Shown: positions 28,021 to 64,000 of the stretch, one piece after another | How positions within the stretch are numbered: the stretch's first letter is position 1 | Layout of the letters: the number at the start of each line of letters is the position of its first letter | DNA from: the human T2T-CHM13v2.0 reference genome, Homo sapiens | Direction: 5' to 3' (one strand) | DNA length: 64,000 nt | Assembly (NCBI RefSeq): GCF_009914755.1 | Contig: NC_060944.1 | Notes under the pieces: model-generated | The model's database searches: none | What the model saw: the letters and a program-made list of their open reading frames with translations, nothing else | What the model was told of the DNA's origin: nothing | Translations under genes and position numbers: made by a program

Positions 28021-28375
<355 letters not shown>

Positions 28376-28444
28376 CACTCGCACTGTTTTCAATGGCTCT
28401 GTTGGTTACCATTCACAACATTCAACAATCAGACTTATACCTCA

Positions 28445-29700
<1,256 letters not shown>

Positions 29701-29834
29701 GAACCCTTACTCTGTAGCAAGTTCTGTATGCATAAGCCTCTCTTTGTTCTTATTTTGGTGGCCTCTGTTTATTTACACAAAGAGGAAGAACTGCTATTCC
29801 CATAAATCATGGCTTTCAAAATGGTCACAGTTCA

Positions 29835-30668
<834 letters not shown>

Positions 30669-31005
30669 GTACACACAATTTATTTCCTGGTTTGTGATAA
30701 TCTGTGAAATATATTTTGAAATGAATTGGAATTCAATACAGTACTATTCAAACCCCAAATACTCCTAATATTTCCTTTCCCAGATGATGACCTGGTACTC
30801 TTCCTAGGGCTTGATTTCTCCCTACAGGTCCCCAGTACAAGTATTTGTGATTCTGAGTCAATTCATTGTCTACATGTGTGACAATGCAATGCTCTTGTTG
30901 TAGAGTACCAAGATGAGGCAGGTCCAAACTGCACATTTGTAGAGAACATAGTATGTGTGCAATTGAACATGTATGTGGTTGTGATACTGAAAACAATACA
31001 AACTT

Positions 31006-32915
<1,910 letters not shown>

Positions 32916-32949
32916 TCTTTGCAAGATCAGTGTTACAAAATGATGGCAA

Positions 32950-34790
<1,841 letters not shown>

Positions 34791-34919
34791 TGGTTTGGGG
34801 CTGGGAGCAGTGGCTCACGCCTGTAATCTCAGCACTATCATTTTCTCACATGAATCGGAAAATGCCGACGTCTGCATCCTAAATCTAAACTAATTTCCCA
34901 CTCACTTGCTAAGCTTCAG

Positions 34920-35722
<803 letters not shown>

Positions 35723-36183
35723 TGACTCTGGGTGATCAAGTGGGCGCTTGTGACTGTGCGCGCTCGGAGTGGATGTGTGTGTCCTGGACGAGCCGCGTTG
35801 TGTGTGCGGATGTGGACAACCGGTGACTGTGTGGTTGGGGCTGCGTGTCCCAGGGTGGATGTGTGACTTTGCGTGTGTGTGCAGTACTGTGTGTGCGTGA
35901 GTTGCAGGTCTGTGGCTGTGCAGGTGCAACTTGTGTGGCCCCGTGGTCTGTGTGAGAGAGGAGAGTGTGACTGGCTGTGAGGCAGAGGGTAAGTGGATAT
36001 AGGGAGGCATGTGTGTGATTGGAACTTTGTGTGTCCCCTTGAGAGAAAAAAACCTTTAGGGAGTTAGAGCGGGTCCTTGGTAAAACTCCTTTAAACAGAG
36101 AAACAGCCAGAAAAATCAGGCTGCAGGCACAGAGAAGGAAAACTAGCAAAGGGGGTTGTCCTAAAGACATTCCTCAGCTGCAC

Positions 36184-36615
36184 TGATAAGGGACCGAGGC
36201 CCAACATAGAAATGCCTTTGTCCTTTGTGTGACCAGCGGGCTTCCAGGAAATAGTCGCTTTTTTGTGGGCATGTATACAGTGGGCTCTGTTAGATTTTGA
36301 AGGGAAGGCGAAGGTTAAAGAAAGAGAGAGAGTTGGCGGCTCTATGGAGGGTACCAACTAAATGCCAGAGCCCACTGCCGCTTACAAGCTGGAGTAATTA
36401 TAGGCCTGGGCAGGAGGGGTCTGGGCAGTATAGCTTGTTGCCTGGGAGAATGTTGATAAGGATGTTTCTTGGGCCTTTCCCCAGCAGGATGTGATAAGGA
36501 AGTCAGGCGGTTGGGGAGGATGTTTCTCGCAGCCCAAACCCCAGTGGAATGTTTCCCTCTGAACAGGGTCTGTGAAATGGTGGGGGCTTACAAATCGGTG
36601 CAGCTTGGACTAACA
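36184..36615 (-). mobile_element. ERV1 solo LTR (MER48/LTR21-like)
   Basis: Reverse strand begins TGTTAGTCCAAGCTGCACC..TTTGTAAGCCCCC, contains 'gagaaacatcc' and ends '...ccttatca'. Confidence 0.6.
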
Positions 36616-37010
36616 GGCTCCGGCGGCCACTTTGTTTTCTGGACATGCTTTGGACTGTGAGCCGAGCCTCTATGAATCATCACTTCAGCCTCTGATTGGT
36701 CCTGGGCCAAACTTTCACTTCAGCCCCTGATTGGTCTTGGGCCAAAATTTCACTTCAGCCTCTGATTGGTCCCAGGCTAAGGTCCCGGGCCAAGCGAAGT
36801 CGTGCTATCTCCAAGACAGCTCACAGACCAGTGAGCACATTCTTCCTCTTCCCAGTTCACAAAACCCCCAGATTCAGCCTCCTAGTTGGCAACCCTCTTT
36901 CGGGTCCCCTCTCTGCTGGGGAGAGCTTTCTTCTTTTGCTTATTAAACTTCTGTTCCAAACTCATCCTTTGTGTCCACGTTCCTTAATATTCTTGGCTGT
37001 GAGAGAAAGA
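36616..37010 (+). mobile_element. Partial ERV1 LTR with three 35 bp CCAAT-containing repeats
   Basis: 'cacttcagcc.ctgattggtc' x3; 'gggtcccctctctgctggggagagcttt...attaaactt' R/U5-like tail. Confidence 0.6.
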
Positions 37011-37309
37011 AGGCAAAGACAAGAGCCTTTATCCTAACAACTCAATTGTTGGAGAGAAGATTCATGCATATTCTATGTGGCATCACACGCCATAGCCCTG
37101 GGATTGAAAGCCATGCAGTTTAAGGGATGGTGTTAATCTCAGTCCAAATAGGTAATAAGATCTTTCACGTTGCTATATTTTAGGGGTAGGAATGAGATTG
37201 GGGGTTTGATCAATAGTTTGTACCCATAGGACCAGGGATTTGCCCAGTCATCTGTGAGTAAATGCTTGGGCCAGTTTCCATGCCTGTATTGAATTAAATA
37301 CTCATACGG

Positions 37310-38445
<1,136 letters not shown>

Positions 38446-38499
38446 ATGGGTTCACATTGGGGGTCCTCAACCTCAAATCCATCAACTCCATCGCTGAAT

Positions 38500-41633
<3,134 letters not shown>

Positions 41634-42232
41634 TCTTTACTTTGGATAAATACTTAGAAATGGAATTTCCAGGTCGGCCTTTAGATATTATTAATGGATT
41701 TAATATGAAAAACCTTTACTTGAGGATGTATAAAGCTTTAAAAGACAGGGTCCCTATTCTTAAGTTATAAGTAAAGCAGCATTTGTAAGGTAATATTCAG
41801 AAAACATCAGATAATATCCTATAAAGTCCTCCTGTTCTTGCTGATGACATTGGATGGCCAGTTAAGGATGACACTTCATTCTGTCCTCTGCAACCACGGT
41901 CCTGACATGTCTAAATGATACTTGCCCTATGAGAACACTGTGGATGTGAAAGCATTTCCTCAGGTTATCTTTTTGACCTGCTGGTTTTAATCTAATGATG
42001 GGATATCCAAAGTGAATCTAACTGAGTGACATGATTGTGGATCTGTTGGGGGGAATCAGAGACAGCTAGAGCAAGGGCAGACACGTGCTGAACTCATCTG
42101 TCTTAAGAGCCGAAGAAAGCAGCAGTGTTACTAGCAGAGCTACTGCACATCTGTACACGTGGCTCCAATGGCTCTGACCTGTTTTTTTCCCAGTATGAAC
42201 CTAATACATGAGGCAAGTTAGAAAATCAGAGT

Positions 42233-44345
<2,113 letters not shown>

Positions 44346-44520
44346 ATGGTAAGGGGGAAGTGCCTATTTATTAAGCTTTTGTTGTAAATAGTAACTTGCA
44401 TATCAGATGTTTACTGTAATATTCTTGAAGCTTTGCCAAGCCTACAGCTTGCTGTGTGCTTTTCAACTCTATTTCATTTATTTGGGAAATAATATATCAA
44501 TGTACTTTATTCATTCCCAG

Positions 44521-44601
44521 CTCTAACCATGGAATACTGGGAATGTCCCTTTCTGTGAAGGAGGTTTGTCAGCCACAACAGGAATATTCATGAACATGGA
44601 G
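44521..44601 (+). pseudogene. Start-codon exon (ATG AAC ATG GAG = MNME at 44590-44601)
   Basis: Acceptor ttcccag| at 44520; donor GAG|gtactt at 44602. Confidence 0.75.
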
Positions 44602-44731
44602 GTACTTTGTTGAAGTCACACTAATTTTTTTACTCTTCCCCACTCTCAGCCTAGCCGGTCTGCACACTACATTCTCTCCATCCTTCAGCACCCTTCCATC
44701 TCTTCCTTCATCTTAAAAACCTTTCCTTTAA

Positions 44732-44891
<160 letters not shown>

Positions 44892-45189
44892 GTAAGGATG
44901 TCTATCCCCAAATAACTCATGAGTTTTGGCTGTAGCTTTCACTTGTCTGGGTGACTTTTCACCTGCTGCCTAGGGAATTGTTTTGTGTTTAGTAGATTAA
45001 TAGATGGGCAGCTCTTTGGGGTCCTTCCATCTTCTCCATGCTTCAGACCTTTACACCTTCCTCTAGTCCTTCGTGAGTACTAAGGGACTAACTTTGAATT
45101 CAGGAACAGCAGGAGTATGTCTTACTTCTTTTCTTTCTTTCTTTCTTTCTTTCCTTCTTTTTTACTTACTTTCTTTCTTTCTTTCTTTT

Positions 45190-46451
<1,262 letters not shown>

Positions 46452-46576
46452 GAAGCCAATAAGAAACGCTTGGGGATGACCTCCCTACAAGCACAGGAAA
46501 ACCATTCCTGCGCATTTCTGCGCTGGAACGCCTACCTTTAGTGCCGTTTCCTGCGCTTTCTTGCAGATTTGTATCA

Positions 46577-47500
<924 letters not shown>

Positions 47501-47789
47501 ATATAAAAGAAATAGACAAAGCAAATCTTAATGCATGAACTCAAACAAATGCTTTCACTGCCAGGCTCCATCTTTGCAAAACTGAACCTAGGACAATGTG
47601 AACGTTTCTAACTAGCAATTCTGGAGGACAGATCAGGGAGGCAGCGTGAGCTTGCTTTTCTGCAATTTAATTGACTGGTCAGTAAAGTCAGTGTTTGCAG
47701 GCATTTTCAATGTTCTATAGTGGGCTTCAGTGCCTGTGGCAGGCCAGGTTTGCAATAGCAACCAGAACAGTTTCTACTAACCCTTTACT

Positions 47790-48240
47790 ATAATTTTGAT
47801 GAATGCATAAGTTAACGTTAAAGAAATGGAGAAACTGGTGCCTGAGTATCACGGATGGAATGTGAAAACAAACCCACTGAGACCCCGTCTGGGTTTTCTC
47901 AGACCCTAAAATCTGATCGAATAATGATAGCGTTCGTACACATTCACCTCGGCCTGTCTTAAGATTCAAAAACTTTCCAAGACTCTAGGGAAATCTTTCC
48001 AGACGCTAGACCCGAGTTAAAGATTAGATGTTGATTGAATGAAACACTCCTGCTTGTAGGTGCAATCCCACATGGAGCTTAAGATATATATAAGCACTAG
48101 AAAAAAAAACTTGTAACTTTGAGTTGATCTGGTGATTTACCTGGCGCTTCTCCCTGTAAGTGGCTGCAGAAATAAACTTCCTTCTTTCCCAGTCTGTCTG
48201 TATCTTAGTATTGAACAATTGCGATGGAGCTGCCCAGCAA
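47790..48240 (+). mobile_element. LTR47-like solo LTR
   Basis: TATA 'tatatataag', then 'tgtaactttgagttg.tctggtga...ctccctgtaa...gcagaaataaactt.cttctttcccagtctgtctg'. Confidence 0.6.
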
Positions 48241-48560
48241 AGTCCTCTTCTATGTGGTTATCTGGGACTCCTTTTGGAGGGAACATTTTAAATTTTCCAT
48301 TTCAAAGCATTCTGTTGGCCTTCTTACACTGTTTTTCTCTGCCTATCCTGGGACCTGAGTTCTCCTGGACATGAATCTGCAGCCACAGAGCCTAGAAGCT
48401 CATTCCTCCACATTCTGTGACTGTTCCCCAAACACAGGGAGAATTTGCAGAAAATAAGCCCAAAAATCTTGCCATTCTTTGCAATAAAACCCCACATTAC
48501 AAACTGCTGAAAACAGGATTTTAGCCTGAATAGGTTGTTCCTCTATTTGAAAGCCTTTAC

Positions 48561-56940
<8,380 letters not shown>

Positions 56941-57499
56941 AAAGAAACCAAAAACTTTAGATAAGTGAATTTGGAGGAAATATTTATAACAAGATAATTC
57001 TAATTTACTGTCTCTCTGGCTTAATAAAATATTAGTCAATACCCTAAGAAGAAAGGAACAAAATCTAAAAATTCACCATTCACAAACACAAATAGTCGGA
57101 AAACAAGGTCAAAACCAAAGAACTTGTTGACCAATTATCTCTCCTCTGAAATCAGCTCTTGAATGTGTTGAACTAGGATTGATCTCGGATTAGGAAATTT
57201 TTAAAATATTTTTTAAAGTTTCACTATTTGGAATTTAAAATTAATCCAAATTATGTAATATACAACATTTGGAATTTACCAATCAATACTCTATCATTTT
57301 ATTTTTCACTCTTCAAATAATTTCTTGTTCAAGAGTTTAAAACGCTTTTAAAATTAATAGATTCTGCAGGCTATGGTCTGTAGAGACTGTCTCTACAAAA
57401 AATAACAATATATATACTTTTAAAATATATATAAAATATATATGTATTTAAATGTATATGGTTCAAGTATATAAAACATATTTTTAAAATTTCATTTTT

Positions 57500-58900
<1,401 letters not shown>

Positions 58901-59164
58901 ATTTAAACATACAAGGATGCAGATGCCATACACACAAATATGTATGTATATGTCATGCTCATATACAATTTTAAATACATATATGTGTTCTATGGATATA
59001 TAAGTATTTCTCTACTTTCACAGAAATGTCACTCTAAATCAGTACCTAGGAAGGGTCATCATTTTCTTAATCTACAAATCAAGACATGATATGAGTGGCT
59101 GCATCCTTGTTTAGTACGTCCTCTATTATTGAGGATGTTTTCCTGTTTCCTTTTTCATTGCTGT

Positions 59165-61156
<1,992 letters not shown>

Positions 61157-61592
61157 TCATTGTTGGTGGACATGTAGGTTGTGTTCACTTTTGTCAGTTA
61201 CAAATGATGTTGTTGTGAACATGTTTGTATTTCTATTTGGTTACCATTAGTGTGTATTTATGTACAGTATAAAGCAAGAGGTGAAACCATAGGTTACAGG
61301 GTAAACTTATCTTCAGTTTTACTAGGTATTATTCGTTTCATTCCAATGTTAACACACCAACTGACAGTCTTACAATGTGATAATTCTCAAATCTTCGCAT
61401 TCTTCTTGACACTTAATTTTGTCAAAATTTTAATTTGAGTCTTTTGGTGGGTATGTGGCAATGATTGTGATATTAATTTACTGGGCCTTTTCTTCTCTGT
61501 AACAGGCCCTGGCAAGATATATGTGTGGTGTGGCAGGGGTAGGAGCCCCTAGAGGTAGCATGGGCTCTGGAATCCTTAATCATCCTATGTGA

Positions 61593-63254
<1,662 letters not shown>

Positions 63255-63758
63255 GTGATATAGTGATTATATGTAGTATATAACTATATAGTGATTATAG
63301 TTTATAATTTTAACTATATCATGTCTCCTGCCTCATAAGTACCACTGGACAAGGTCCCTTTTATGTACTCAGCTTCTGTCAGAGGTAAATGTATTTTGAA
63401 GTGGAGAACAAAGATAAGTGCAAAATTGGCATGGAGAACTAACGTAATTATGAAAGTTCCAGATACAAAGAGAGAGGGCTCAATATGCCAGCAGTTCTCT
63501 ACCAATCCATCCTAGCGGTCTTCTTTCAGGATTGCCTAAATAATTCAGGAGATAAGTGCAAGACACACAAGTGTTCCAGAAGCATGTAAACAAGGTACAG
63601 AGAAGAGGATAAGATAAAGTAAGATAAGAATATTAGGAATGTCTTGTTCAGAAGATTGCCTACAGAGGCAAAAGGGACAGTTTCATTTTGCTGAGGGAAA
63701 CAGGGTGGTAAGAACACTCCTGGGGAAGACCCCCACTTACCCTGATACAGAAAGAAGG

Positions 63759-64000
63759 TGTAAAATAACGTAATGGGAGAGCATTAGGCTGAGATAGCTC
63801 CCATGGCCAGGGTTCCTACATAGAAAAAATGAAACAAGCTTAGCCCATCAACAAGTGGCCCGCTGAGTATTAGCTGTGTAATGAGAGACCTACCACCAGG
63901 ATAGTTCAAATAATGCAACTGCCCAAATTTTTGCCAATCAAATAATTTCTCTACCCTACTTCTATATTCACCCTATAAAAGCCTTCCTTACAAACACCTC
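63759..64000 (+). mobile_element. ERV1 (MER4-group-like) LTR U3, running off the window
   Basis: TG start; 'gttcaaataa.gcaa...gccaatcaaataatttct', CCAAT, and TATAAAAG at ~63974. Confidence 0.55.

Noticed and set aside
36681-36790. 35 bp direct repeats resembling a CRISPR array
   Set aside because: Tandem with no unique spacers, inside an LTR, in primate DNA

Overview
Primate (human-like) pericentromeric, segmentally duplicated DNA; no intact protein-coding gene was found. 1-18.4 kb is a satellite mosaic. Two blocks of diverged monomeric alpha satellite without CENP-B boxes (1-1247, ~5535-9435) alternate with two kinds of SST1/NBL2-type macrosatellite: CpG-decayed units (~1250-5535) and four CpG-rich FAM27-type units (9436-~18400). 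The CpG-rich units appear to carry a CCAAT/NRF1 promoter core flanked by outward-facing splice donors. 18.4-64 kb is Alu-dense sequence resembling a KRAB-zinc-finger cluster. It holds an unprocessed ZNF850-like pseudogene: an intact CpG promoter, a start exon (MNME), a KRAB-A exon with an in-frame TAG, a KRAB-B exon, and no zinc-finger exon. The pseudogene is followed at ~46451 by an apparent junction with a second promoter/exon fragment. A ~7.3 kb block occurs twice (20976-28417 and 48561-55735), and the copies differ by an AluY insertion and a ~550 bp micro-inversion. Many LTR, L1, L2 and DNA-transposon fossils are present. Repeat subfamily names and boundaries are by-eye estimates.
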